Below, piece after piece: positions 12,208-24,550 of a DNA stretch of 64,000 nt. Position 1 is the first letter of the stretch. Each line of letters begins with the position of its first letter. The stretch lies in NCBI RefSeq assembly GCF_036321535.1, contig NC_087436.1, forward strand, positions 78,494,001-78,558,000, given 5' to 3'. Under the pieces are notes generated by a model that saw only the letters and a list, made by a program, of their open reading frames with translations, was not told the origin of the DNA and ran no database searches. Source of the DNA: Camelus dromedarius. Its lineage: Eukaryota. The position numbers and the translations under genes are program-made.

Positions 12208-13029
12208 TATTCCTAACTTTTACATTGCAATAAAAGGTAAAAGCACATCATTTGTCAAACTCATGGCGAGAAGATGTGGTATCCCATACAGTACATTCCA
12301 AAGGCGAAATCATCATGAATGTTTGCAATTACCATGACTTGTCTATTTCCTAAGTTTCCATTGCTAGAAAAATATAAATTTGATAGAACTCAATTAAAAA
12401 AAAAAAGAAACTAGTATGTGAGAAAAAATAGTAAAGCAAACCTACTAAAAAGGTCTAATTGGTTTAATCTTTCAGGTCCAATTTCCTTTTGTGGCTGGGA
12501 CAGGGTCCTAAACACATCCTTGATCGTGTTATTATTCATAAAATTAAATGACAATAAAACAACTTCTCCTTAATATGTGTTTTCTTTTTCAGCCTCTATA
12601 GTGCGAAATAAACATGAAGCTGTCAAAGAGAATAAACTGAGACAGGCTAAACTAATTTGCCACTGATGATAGTCATTATAAACAATCTGAATACTGTTCC
12701 ACCTCACTGGGATTTAAATAGTCTGTCAAAAAACTACTATATTCTAAAATCTGCATATGGAATCAGGGGACCTGAGGAAAAAATGAGGGTACTGTTAGTG
12801 AAGCCAACAGAAATATCCTCATTCCTGACACCAAGTCAAAAAAGCCACTTCGGAATTAATTTTTTAAGACCCTCTTCTCTCCCTCCTTCAAATGCCATCC
12901 CCATGCAAACAATTATTGTCAGCCCACTCCTTCCTCAATATTTAGGAAGATTGCTCAGTGTCTTTAGAAAATAGCGTCTTTTCAGGACTGGCTAGACGCA
13001 AAATTATTAAGTAGGATGAGCTTTTCTTT

Positions 13030-13330
13030 AATTTAAAAATGAGAGTACCCAGTGCCAATGAAGATCTAGTTAAATGTAAATTCTTAAATATTCCTGGTGA
13101 AAATGTAAAATTCTTTTGGAAATCAAATTATTAATTATATTCCATTTCTGAGAATATATTCTAGTGTAGTCATCCTAAAGATGGAAAAAACTTTATGCAC
13201 AAAGATGTTCATTATGGTACTATTATTTATAATAAGAAAACATGGAAATAAACTAAATGTCCAACAGTATGGGAATGGTTAAATAAAATATGATGCAGCA
13301 TACAAGGAAATAGTATGATCTATCTTAAAT
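13030..13330 (+). mobile_element. L1ME-like fragment
   Basis: atgcacaaagatgttcatt..aaatgtccaacagtatgggaatggttaaataaa. Confidence 0.7.
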
Positions 13331-13350
13331 AAAATTTGGCAAAAGTTTTA

Positions 13351-13352
<2 letters not shown>

Positions 13353-13382
<30 letters not shown>
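13353..13382. repeat. (AC)15 microsatellite
   Basis: Read directly. Confidence 0.95.
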
Positions 13383-13385
<3 letters not shown>

Positions 13386-13399
13386 AACAAAGGTGGTAT

Positions 13400-14051
13400 T
13401 GAAAGCTAACTGGACCAGGTGGGGCCTTCCTGGGGACAGACCTCCACATGTCCCCTGCCTGCCTCTTATTTGTAGAAAACCTTTAGCCTCCTAGGCCTTC
13501 CCTGATTTCCAAGGAGTGAACTTAATCAGAGAACTGAGAAAATACAGAAACAAAGGAAAACAGTCAAGCAAGACAAAATAATAATAGTTTAGCCATAAAA
13601 CAAAGTCAAAGACCTTTAGTTCCTCCTCAAGGGCTACAGATAATACCCTGAGCCACATCCCTGAGTTGTTTTGCAGATACTAAAACCTCCACCAGGTGGA
13701 AGAAGTTAACTGCATGCTGACCACCAGCATGTAGACCCTAGCCAGGCTGGAGTCAGAAAACTGATAACATTTCCAAAATACCACCCCGTTACCTCACCAC
13801 CAACCAATGAGAAGGATGTTCACAAGCTGATCACACACCCTGTGACCTTCTCCGTCACCTTGCCTTTAAAACTCTTCCCTGAAAGCCTTCAGTGAGTTCC
13901 AGGCTTTTGAGCATGTGCTGCCCATTCTCCTTGTGTGGCCCCATGTTGGATGCCTTCGAATAAATGCTGTACTTTCCTTCACCATGACCCAGTGTCAGTA
14001 GATTGGCTTAATTGCACACAAGTGAGCAGACCCAAGTTTGATTCAGTAACA
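13400..14051 (+). mobile_element. Complete solo ERV1 LTR, MER41-like (cetartiodactyl type)
   Basis: TG...CA ends, perfect 4-bp TSD gtat (13396-13399 and 14052-14055), CCAAT, tttaaaa TATA-like box, AATAAA, end gacccaagtttgattcagtaaca. Confidence 0.85.
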
Positions 14052-14104
14052 GTATTATAATTAAATTAAATAATATGTAAACAATGATTTCAAATGGAAA
14101 TATA

Positions 14105-14615
14105 TATATAATTTAGATCCCTACTTCATATTGTACAAAAACTAAAAACCACACGGATTAAAAGACGTAAACATGAAAAAAACTCTAAAATTTCTGCAGG
14201 GAAATGTAGTAGTATGTTATTGTGACTGAGGTTAGGAAAGGATTTCTTAAATAAGACAGGAAAATGTAAAACTATTAAGAAAAAGATTAATAAATTCTAT
14301 TACATTAAAATTTGAAAACCTAATTAACAGATACACATTACTGTATATAAAATAAACACCATGGACCTACTGTATAGCACAGGGAACTATATTCAATTTC
14401 TTGTAATGAGCTGTAATGGAAAAGACGCTGAAAATATATGTATCCGTGTGTATAACTGAATAGCTTTGCTGTATAACTGAATAGCTTTGCTGTATGCCTG
14501 AAACTAACATTGTAAATTGACTGCACTTAAATAAGAAATAAGAATTGTTTTCAATTTTAAACCCTATATGTCAAAAAATAAAGTGAAAAAGTAAACCATG
14601 AACTGAAAGAAGACA
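14105..14615 (+). mobile_element. Old L1 ORF2 fragment hosting a younger L1
   Basis: gatccctacttcata..ggaaaggatttcttaaataagac..acattaaaattt. Confidence 0.7.
14323..14552 (+). mobile_element. 5'-truncated LINE-1 (cetartiodactyl-type 3' end)
   Basis: gacctactgtatagcacagggaactatattcaa; degenerate TSD aatttgaaaaccta / aattttaaacccta. Confidence 0.85.
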
Positions 14616-14619
14616 TTTC

Positions 14620-14980
14620 TTTCTTCTCCCCAGCTTTACTGAGATGTAACTGACAATACAACATTTTATAAGCTTAAGATATACAACATGATAATCTGAC
14701 ATACATATATTGAAAAATAATTGCCACAATAAGATTAGTTAATACCTCACATAGTTACTTTTTGTGGGTGTGATGAGAACTTTTAAAATCTACTCAGCAA
14801 CTTTAAGTACCCAATACAGTACTGTTAACTGTAGCCACTATGCTGTACGTTAGATTCCCAGAACTTATTCATATTGTAACTGGAAGTCTGTACCCTTTGA
14901 CCATCTTCTCCCACTTCTCCCAGCCCACCCCCGCCCCTGGCAGCTACCAATCTACTCTGTTTCTATGGATTCTGTTTTTT
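14620..14980 (-). mobile_element. L1MA-type 3' end
   Basis: cagctttactgagatgtaactgac..atgctgtacgttagattcccagaacttattcat..tgtaccctttgacc. Confidence 0.85.
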
Positions 14981-15394
14981 GCCCAAAAAAGAAGTATGTG
15001 TGTGAATTTGGGAGAAGAAGTAGGAGTAACAACTCATACTGTTTTAAGATCTTGATGAGGACACAAAAGGAAGAACCCCTGTCCATTCAGACCACAGTGT
15101 GAGACCTGGATTACCAAAATGCCCAACTCCATCTGACAGTTCTATTGTGTTCAGATCTACCATCACATCTCCCCTGGTGGGGTAGGTACCATTACTTCAG
15201 GACTAAGCACTCAGTCTTGGGAAAAAAAACTCCCAGAGGAAAGAGGGAAGAGGAATGGTTCCTAGGATGAGATCAAGCCCTACAGATATGTGCAAGGTTT
15301 GCCAAAGAATATTTGGAGATTCTCACAGGGAGGGAAGTTAGAAAGAACTATAAGAAACTGGAATAATCCTGAAGACAGGGGTGGCCCATAAAAG

Positions 15395-15711
15395 GATTCT
15401 ATCAATTTCCTTGCCTCTTCCAGCTTTTGGTGGCTGTTAATATTCCTCTGCTCAAGGCCACATCTCTCCAATCTCTGCCTCCATCTTCACATTACCTTCT
15501 CCTGTAAGTATATAATCTCCTTTGGCCTCTCTCTTATAAGGACACTTGTGACCAAATTTAAGGTCCACCTGGATAATCCAGGATCATCTCCTTGTGTCAA
15601 GATCCTTAATCTTATCGTATCTGCAAAGACTTCTTCTTTATAAAGTAACATTTACAGGTTCCAGGGATTAGGATCTGATATATTTGTGTGGCTATTATTC
15701 AGCTTACTACA
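15395..15711 (-). mobile_element. MLT1C-like LTR, 5' portion
   Basis: tcttataaggacacttgtga..ggataatccaggat..atctgcaaagac..ggttccagggattagga. Confidence 0.8.
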
Positions 15712-16313
15712 GGCACTCTCCTGTGAAGGATTTAATTTCTTGCATGTTTTCCCCTTAGAAGCTCTAAAAGGTTATATTTATCAAACAGATTTAAATTTTC
15801 AACTCCTACCTTTTAATTTCCTTTAACTGTCCCACAACTTTTCAGCACAGAAAATCAAATATGCTCATACAGCCCTGTGTGAGGGGTCAGTAACAGAGTG
15901 GAGAAGAAGGAAGTCTGGCAGGAGATGAGAAGGATGCCTTGTCAATATCAAACTCTCTTCTTGTCCCTCTACAGAGAAGCAGCGGTCTACCAAGGAGATG
16001 CATCTGAGAGTTCCCGGAACTGATCAGCGGCCACAGGGTGAGTGGGGGCATCATGGCAGAGTTCAAAGCAATGGAGAAAAGCATGAGATGCTAAAGATCA
16101 TTTTCCAAGTTGATAACCCAATAGGGACTGCAAATAAAAACTTCCAATTTTCCACCCTATGCTGAAGCAAGCTGACCCAGGAAAGGGAATACAAGGTAAA
16201 TTTATATATTGCATAAGTTTCCTAAATGGCCTAATAAACATTTTTACCCCAGGACTTAAATGCTTTAATAATAATCTTGCTTCCATCCCCTTTCACCTTT
16301 TCCCAGTTTCATA

Positions 16314-16348
<35 letters not shown>
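16314..16348. repeat. Compound (CT)n(AC)n microsatellite
   Basis: Read directly. Confidence 0.95.
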
Positions 16349-17142
16349 GCACACCGCACAGTCCCTTGTCTCCTGGCAACAACAGTTAACTCAAACAAGA
16401 CTATCCAAAATCATTATCTACTTCTGCCTTTCTCATCACCATTACAAACATCACTCAAAAAAAAAAAAAAAGCCTGATTCCACACAATGCATGACCATGG
16501 AAATGACAGATTGAGATATAGTGCATTGCATGTACTGCGGATGGTGATATTGTTATAGTGAATTCATCATCCTGACATGTTCATAATACTCCGACAGTGC
16601 TGTCTTATCACGTTGCGTGCTGCCTAAGCTATGCAGCTCAGGGTGACACATTGCACCGAGCAGAACAGCATCACCCCTTACATCTCCCCTAAATGCTCTG
16701 CCACGTGCCGATGTGTTTCAACATGGCTCCGGTGAGAAAAATGAAGTGCATGAGGACAGGGGCAAGGGGGTATTTGGACCTGATTGAAATGGAAGCTAAA
16801 TGGCTTTTCTCATCCGGGCTTTTCTAAGGAGGTGCCCCCGAGGAAGGCCACTGACTTCAGCTTTGCAAACATTGATGAACAGGCTGGTCATAAAGGACTC
16901 TATTTGAAGCAGAGATTTTCCTGAATGACGCAATTACTAGTAGACGAGAATAACTCTCAGCCCTCTCAAACTGATGGGTTCACAGTCCACAGTGAGGCAG
17001 GGAAATCAAGTAACAGAAATCCATACAGCCTCATCCCTGACTCTCCACTCTGCACTCCTCCCAACCTTTGCCCAAAACAAAACAAATCCAGTAAAGTGAT
17101 GACCACAAGATACTAGTGTCCGCTCTAGAATGAGCAAAATCC

Positions 17143-17460
17143 ATTATCTTCATTTGGGTTCCCCAGAAGCAGACCCTACAGCAACCATTCAAGTGCAAGA
17201 TGTTTCTTCAGGAGGCGCGGGAAGCACTGTCTCCAACAGGTGACTGGGGAATGAGAATGAGAAGGGAAGGAAAGCAATAAAGCTGTGATAGCAAGCTACC
17301 TACCACTGCAGGTGACAGAAGCTTAATCCCATGGGGAAACTGGGAGCCAGCATAAAGCACGTATCCCCAGGCCATCCCACCGGAGAGGCAAGAGGGTTGG
17401 GGATTTGTCCCTAAACTTCCTTCAGCCATTGGTTGAGAGTTGCTCCCTGGACCGATGAAT
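17143..17460 (-). mobile_element. ERVL LTR (LTR16-like)
   Basis: gggttcccccagaagcagaccct..aagtgcaag..ggaagcac. Confidence 0.7.
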
Positions 17461-18032
17461 TTCTGGGCATTTCTGGTCTGGCATTTCTGGTCCAGCACTT
17501 CTGGTCAGCTTTGGACAGGTCACTAATTCCAGCCTGCTAGGCAGGGGACAACATTACCCCACAACTGGCTCCCTGGTAACTACAGATTAAGTTAGTGATG
17601 TGAATAACCACTAACATCAAACCCTAAAACCATGTCACAGAAGAAAAAAAAAAACTCTGCTAACACACAAAAACAAGTATTATGCAATTTTTAAAAAGTT
17701 TAAAAAAAAAAGTACTATGCTAAAACTCAGGAGGGCTTCCCTATTAGCCTAGGATTATAGTTCTAGGTAGCAGGCCATGCACTTTGGGCACAAGAGGAAA
17801 CACTCATAGTGGCTTGGACCCATCAGTTTTCATTTTGCACAAGGACAGGCGTGCAAGTTTTTTCCCATGTCGCTCAGGCAGCTCCATTCTCAGCCAGCCC
17901 AGTTAGGGTTGGCTGCAAGGAAAACTGTGAAAATGATGAAGTTTGCTTTAGTCTTCTCAGCCTCCTCCTTCTGGTTCTTTCCTCCTCTCCTGAAGCCCTT
18001 TCCTCACCAAGACCCTTTCAAAACCAGCTATC

Positions 18033-18152
18033 GGGGTCGGGGATGGCTATAGCCCAGTGGTAGAGCACAACCTTGGCACGTATAAGGTCCTGGGTCCAAT
18101 CTCTAGTACCTCCATTAAAAAAAAGTAAAAAAAATAAATAATTTTTTTAAAT
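18033..18152 (+). mobile_element. tRNA-derived SINE (Vic-1-like), short form
   Basis: A box tagcccagtggtagag, B box ggtccaatct, A-rich tail; degenerate TSD aaaaccagctatc / aaaaacagctgtc. Confidence 0.85.
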
Positions 18153-18225
18153 CAAGGACCATCCAAAAAACAGCTGTCAGAAAAGGTTCTGATATTAGTC
18201 ATTTAAACTTAAGTATAAGTGTAAC

Positions 18226-18340
18226 TTCCATTCACTCAACAAATATTTAGTAATCAGTTTATTTTAGCCTGACACTGTGCCAGATGCTGGGAATAAAGAA
18301 ATATAACTCACAATCCTGGTCTATACAGTATGGTAAGTAC
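18226..18340 (-). mobile_element. L2 3' end
   Basis: cattcactcaacaaatattt..cactgtgccagatgctggg. Confidence 0.7.
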
Positions 18341-18849
18341 CAGAATTAAAACATACAGAACAATATGAGAGCTTTGGGGCATGGCTACAAAGAAGTGTTT
18401 CTCCAATTAGTGATTCAAAGCCCTTGTCCCTTGTTAAATATATTTCAAGCATCAGTGAGTAGCCAGAAAGGACTGGGGAATGGAAGAAAGCCCCTTGCCT
18501 CAAATTCCTCAATCCCATGTTGTTGCTGTAGAGAATTCAGGCATTTGGGTGGTTTCCTATTCCACCTACATACAGAGCTGGCCTGTTGCCATGGCCTGCA
18601 AGTTGAAAACTGAGCAGTAAGGCACACATCTGTTCAGAAACCCAGCTGTGCATAAAGGATGTTTTTTAATTTGCTTGTATATTCCAGAAAAAAATAGATT
18701 TCCTCTTTATAGATGAATTTGGCGTTTGGATAATAATGCTCTCTTGGCTTATTATTCAGTGTGGGGATTTCCTCCGTGTTGCTGGCTACACCTGTTTGGG
18801 TCCCTCACCCCTGCATCTTACTTTAAGGAGCCAGAGCCTGAAGAAAAGT

Positions 18850-18980
18850 CTGTGTGTCTCACATCTCTTCATCTGTAAAAAGAAGCTAATAATACCTTGC
18901 GGAGAAGATAGGAGGGTTAAATGAAATAATGCAAAGCACTTAGAGACCAATGTCTGACACTGGGAAGGCAGTCAGTACCA
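18850..18980 (+). mobile_element. MIR fragment
   Basis: catctgtaaaaa..taataatacct..gagggttaaatgaaataatgc. Confidence 0.75.
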
Positions 18981-19454
18981 TGGGGAGTTTAGAAAAGCAG
19001 GTATGGAGAGGTCACTTCTCCCAACAAGCTCCAAGCTTGTCTGAGAGACGACAATCCAATCTCAGGCTACGTTCCATAAAAACAGTTATCAAATGCTTAC
19101 TGATTTCTTAGGAAGGAAATACGGAGGCCCTTGAAAACAGAGGTGTGCATGCGAAGAAGCTAACCAAACTCCTAACTTCCTGAGGGCAGCTAAACTCAAG
19201 CAGGCTGGGCCATGATCAGGGCCTGGGGGCTGCTATATTGGGTTACACTCAAACGCAACTAAGCAGGGGACCCCAGGCCTGTGGCTTACACATACATATA
19301 TGCACACATGCATACATGCACACACACACCACAAACACAATGATATCCATCCAACAAACACATCTTAATTACATAAAGTTTACATGTTATAAACAGATAT
19401 GAGTACACTACTTTTCTTTGGCAAAAATTGCAGTGTTAGAATTATCTCCCAAAC

Positions 19455-19656
19455 TTGGTCAGTAAACTTGCTATAAAGGTCCAGACAGTAAACATTTTTA
19501 GGCTTTATGAACCAAGAAGCAATATCCTCAATTCTTAGGCAATTGTTCTAGTAGAAAGGATAATAGTCTTTTTAAATTTTGCATTAAAAACTGTATAAAT
19601 CATCCATAGCTCAAAGACTACATCTGTCCCCAGAGTCAAAAATTTGCCAACCCCTG
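19455..19656. mobile_element. hAT-Charlie MITE (MER58-like)
   Basis: ggtcagtaaact..taaaggtccagacagtaaacattttt; end tttgccaacccctg. Confidence 0.7.
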
Positions 19657-20194
19657 ATCTCAAAAGATGAAACTGAGAGTTTCAACTGTTGTGTTGCTTT
19701 ATAAATTTCAGTATTAACGAGAATGCAGTCCTACCTAGTAGACATTCTCACCAAACAGACCAGGAGGTACACAGGTACACAGTACAATCACTTACCCACA
19801 AGAAACAGTCTGCACAATTCTTAATGTGACTCCAAGCCCCAAAATGTATCAATTTCCACCCAAAATGACCAATTTACTATTGCCTGAAATTCTTCTATTC
19901 AAGTTTCTTTTTTTTTTCTCACTAGATTCATTGTTTTAAGAGACCACTTAGAGGAGTAGTACATCAAGTCACTAAAACTTTAACAATAATTTATTTTCTC
20001 AAATGACTTCTTCTTAATGGTAAAATTAAAAAACATGAAAAATGAAAGAATACCAAAAGAAATTAGAGTAAATAAGGGCGGTCCTCAAAGACATTTGGAA
20101 TGTGTCCTAATTCCATATCAATTTTTAAAAAAAGATTGGAGATAGGACAGTGTTATGCATCTGCCTTTTTCACCTACTTTGCCTACTAGAAACA

Positions 20195-20440
20195 GAGTAA
20201 GACAGTGGTAATGCATGCAGGCTGGAGACAGAGTCCAGTGAGTCTAGTTCTCACCAGCTGTATAACCTTGGGCAAGTCAGTTAACACAGTCATCTTCAGT
20301 TTAATTATTTGAAAAAACTGAGAATGATGTCAGGATCTACCTCAGAGCATTGATATAAGGATTTAACAAGATGAATACGTGAAGAACACTTAGAATAGTT
20401 AGGACACACAGAAGATTCCCAATCAACAGCCGCAATAATT
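20195..20440 (+). mobile_element. MIR SINE
   Basis: agctgtataaccttgggcaagtcagttaac..cacttagaatag. Confidence 0.8.
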
Positions 20441-20447
20441 GTTTTAA

Positions 20448-20620
20448 CCCTTCTCAAATTTTAGCATGAAAAACAAATGTAGCATTTGTTAAAAATTCAC
20501 ACTCCCATCCTTAAATATTTTGACTCGGAAGTCGGGGGAGGGGGAACTACAGGACAGAAAGCTATATTTTAACAAGAATGTCAGATGATTCTGATGTCAG
20601 TGATACCGACCATACTTTAA
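20448..20620. mobile_element. MER5-like hAT MITE
   Basis: cttctcaaatt..attttaacaag..gatgattctgatg..gaccatacttt. Confidence 0.6.
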
Positions 20621-20924
20621 AAAAAAAAAAAGTTCTATAAAACTAATCGATAGTGTGAGGAGTGGGAATAGTGCTTTGTGAGAGGATGTGAAAGAGCGTG
20701 GTGATCAGGAGGGGTCAAGGGACTGCAGAGGTGCAGACAATGGACTAGGCCTTGGCCCAGGTGTTGGTCACACAGGTATGTTCACCTTGTGATAATTAAT
20801 CAAGACACGCATATAATTTATCTATTTTTTTGTAGGTAAGTTTTTTCTTTAATAAAAAAGTAAAAAGCAAACACCAAAAACAAAACAAAACAAAACCAAA
20901 CAACAAAACAAAACCAGTGCCTAT

Positions 20925-21106
20925 GTCAGTAGTTCGCATCCCTGACTAAATATTAAATTCACTCAGGGAATATTTAACAAACACTAATGCCCCGGCCCCA
21001 ACTCTCAAAATTCTGATTTAATTGAGATAGGGTAGGGTCCAGTCATCAGTACATTTTAAGATGCCCCTCAGATGAGCCTGTCTTTATAGCCATGGTTGAG
21101 AACCCA
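20925..21106. mobile_element. MER5-like hAT MITE
   Basis: attctgatttaattg..ggttgagaacc. Confidence 0.65.
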
Positions 21107-21114
21107 CTCCTTAT

Positions 21115-21282
21115 AACCCGCACCAGGTATCAGACTCAGCGGGAGGCCTTGTGAAACACTAGTGATTGGGCCCCTCTTCCAGAGTTTCCGATTCACTGGG
21201 GTCCAGGAGAATTTACATTTCTAAGTTTTCAAGTAATGATGCTGCTGGTTTAAGAACACAGACCACACTTTGAGAACCACTG
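21115..21282. mobile_element. MER5A-like hAT MITE
   Basis: ccagagtttccgattca..gatgctgctggt..gaccacactttgagaaccactg. Confidence 0.75.
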
Positions 21283-22487
21283 ACCTACGGGGACTTCCTG
21301 ATACGGTTAAACCTATGGCATCAAACCCCTCTTGTCTTCATTCACCTAATGTTCTTCAGATATTAAAAACCTATAACCCAGGAACTGGACTGTATCTACA
21401 GTTACGGATACAGGTATTTCTGACATTACAACTCCTGGTCAAATTAGCAAACACATTCTTTCATTGAAATGTCAATACATTCTTAAAACAACATTTGTTG
21501 AGCCCCTCCAATGTACCATTCACTGAGTGGCATGCAGACCTTGCCTTCAAGAAGTCCTTAAACCAGAGCAGGACTCCTGAGTCTCTGACATAAAGGTATT
21601 TTTTTATTGCAAGATGCTTTCCAGATTAATATTTGAAATGGTAATCCTTTTCTGTAAGTGAACACAACATGGGGCACTAGAAGGATCTAGAGGTCCTTGG
21701 GAAAGAACTATGGTATTAAAAAAAAAAAAAGTTGCCCACACTTCAGTGTCAACTTAAGAGATTGTTTTACTCTATATATTTTAAGTGCTCCCAACACATT
21801 TGCCTTGGAGGCTCCAGTTAGAACTTTATCTTTTATCAGAGCAGGATTCCACTGTGACAAATCTAATGGCAATCTTAAAGATCATTTTACAGTTATAGCC
21901 TCAGATAATGCAATGCAGAATAATCCTCAAAAGCATCGCAAGCATAACCCTTGGATCATCACTCAAAACTGATTTACTCCTAAGGACTTTACTCTGCACA
22001 TTTCCGTTCCCCCAGGCCCTTTTTTGTTTACATTACTTAATTCTATTGGGAAGAAAGGCCTTTATATTGGATTGCAGAGCCTAGGTAAAACAGCTAGGCT
22101 ATTGCATTTGTCAGCTCTCAAGGCAAGTAGAATAATGGAAGTCCAATTGTAAAGCTTTCTGTAGCTCACTAGCAGGAAAAAAAACCTGACAACTTCAACA
22201 AAAAAAATACAGAAGAAAAATTCTTATGAGATTATATTTGCCATGAATTTTCCTATATTTCTAAAATCTTTTCTATAAAACAAAAAAATTTGGTTTAGTG
22301 TCAGTTAATACTATGACAATAAAATACATCACCCATTGTCCTTGATGGCTACAATCTTACCTTTGGTTTTAGAGAAACATCTGCTCTACCTTATACTTTG
22401 CATCTCATTAACTCTTTTAACAGAATCAATGCTACATAAAATCCTATGTGATCTGCACCCACCTTTATGAAATAATTAGTCTCACAG

Positions 22488-24550
22488 GCAAAATGAAATT
22501 GGACAATATGTAAAAAGAGTAAAGAGCCATGATCAAGTAGAGTCTGTCCCAGAAATGAAAGGTTTAACATTAGAAAACCAATCAGTATAATTCACAATAT
22601 TAACAGAAAAAGGATATACACAATATGATTGTCTCACAAAATGTAGAGGAAGCATTCGACAAAAATCTAAATCCATTCATGTTAACAAGCCTTAGCAAAC
22701 TAGGAACAGAATGGAACTTCTTCAACTGATGACATGAAAAATCTACAGTTACAACATAGTTAATAGTGAAAGATTGAATACTTTTTCTCTAAAATCAGAA
22801 ACAAGGATTCCTTCTCTCACCACTCTTGTTTAACATTTTGCTAGAAGTCCAAGCCAAGGCAATAGGTTAAAAAAGGAAATAAAATACATACAGATTGGGA
22901 AAAAAATTAAATTGTCTTTATTAGTAGACATGATATGCTCATATACACAGAAATTCTTGAGGAATCTGGACAAAAGCTGCTAGACATAATAAGTGAATTT
23001 AGGAAGGTAGCAGGATGCAAGGGCAACACTCAAAAATTCAATTGAATTTCTATATCCTAGAAATAAGCAATTAAAACTGAAGTTAAAAAACAAGACCATT
23101 TATAATAGAATCAAAAAATATTAAATACTTAGGACAATTTTTGAAATGTGTTCAAGGCCCTAAACTGAAAACAATTAAACATTGCTGAGACAAAATAAAT
23201 ACCTAAATAAATGAAATCATATAACCTATATCATGGTCAGAAGACTCAATATTGATAAAATGTCAATTCTAGACCAAATTAGTCTAGAGATTCTTCATAA
23301 CATCAAACAAAATCCCAGAAGAATTTACTGTAGAAATTGACAGGCTGATTCTAAAATGTATACAGAAATGTAAAGAACCTACAACAGCCAAAACAATTTT
23401 GAAAAAGAAAAACAAAGAACCCACACTACCCAATTTAAAGACTTAATATAATGGTATAGTAATCAAAACAGAGTAGTTTGGGCATAAAAAGAGACCTCAA
23501 GTTCAATGGAACAGAATTTAAACACCCATTCATATATGGTCAATCTATATCTTCAGTAAAAAACAATAATAGAACTACTGGATATTCACATAGGAAAAAA
23601 TGAACCTTGATCCCTATTTCACTAGCCACAAAAATTAATTTAAAAACAATTATAAGCCTAAACATAAAAACCAAACTATAAAACTTCTTGAAGAAAATAT
23701 CCAAAGTACCTGTATCTACCTGACACACAGAACCAGTACTCAGAATTTATAAGAACTCTTATAACTCAACAAAAAAGAAGACAAATAACCCAGTTAAAAT
23801 AGGCAAAATATTTGACAGAAATTTCATAAAAGGAGATGCCTGGAATGCCAAAAAGCATAAGTAAAGATGCTCCACATCTTTATTCATAAAGAAAATATGA
23901 GTTAAAATTACAGTGAGATAGCACTACTTCCCTACTCAAATGGCTAGATTAAAAAGATTGACAACATTAAATTTTAGTCAGGATGTGGAGCAACTGGAAC
24001 TCTCAGACATTGCTGGTGGAAATGTAAAATGATATAGCAACTTTGATAAACTGTTTGACAATTTTTTTAGAAAGTTCAACATACATTTACCATGTGACTC
24101 AGGAATATTCCTCCCCCAAGTATCTCTTCAAAAGAAAACATGTCCATTTTAAAAAATTGTTACATGGATGTTTATAGCAGCATAACAGACAAAAACTAAA
24201 AACAACCCAACTGCAATTTTTTAAAAAATTGCTCCATGCAACAATGTAGTTGAATCTCTTAGAACACTACACTGTGTTGGGAGGGAAAAAAAGAATGCAA
24301 AACAGTGCCTACTGCATAATTCCATTCTTGTGAAACTCTGTGAAACACAAAATTAATCTATAATGATAGAAAGCAGATCAGTGGTTGCCTAGAACTGGAG
24401 CTGGAAGATGGGGAGTGATTGGGAAGGGGCACATAGAATTCATTTGAGGGGATGGAAATGTTCTATATTTTGATAGAATTTGTCATTTGTCAAAACTTAT
24501 AGAAGCATTTTATTATACACTTAAATAAAGTTAATTTTTTAAGTAAAAAA
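22488..24550 (+). mobile_element. Old L1 (L1MC/MD-like) ORF2 RT region to 3'UTR, with internal deletions
   Basis: catgatcaagtag..gaagcattcgacaaaa..ctagaagtcc..gacatgata (decayed FADD)..gaagactcaatattgataaaatgtcaattc..gaaagcagatcagtggttgcc. Confidence 0.88.

Noticed and set aside
14449..14495. CRISPR-like or other repeat-spacer arrays (also 41547 and 17459)
   Set aside because: These are head-to-tail duplications with no spacers, in a mammalian context.
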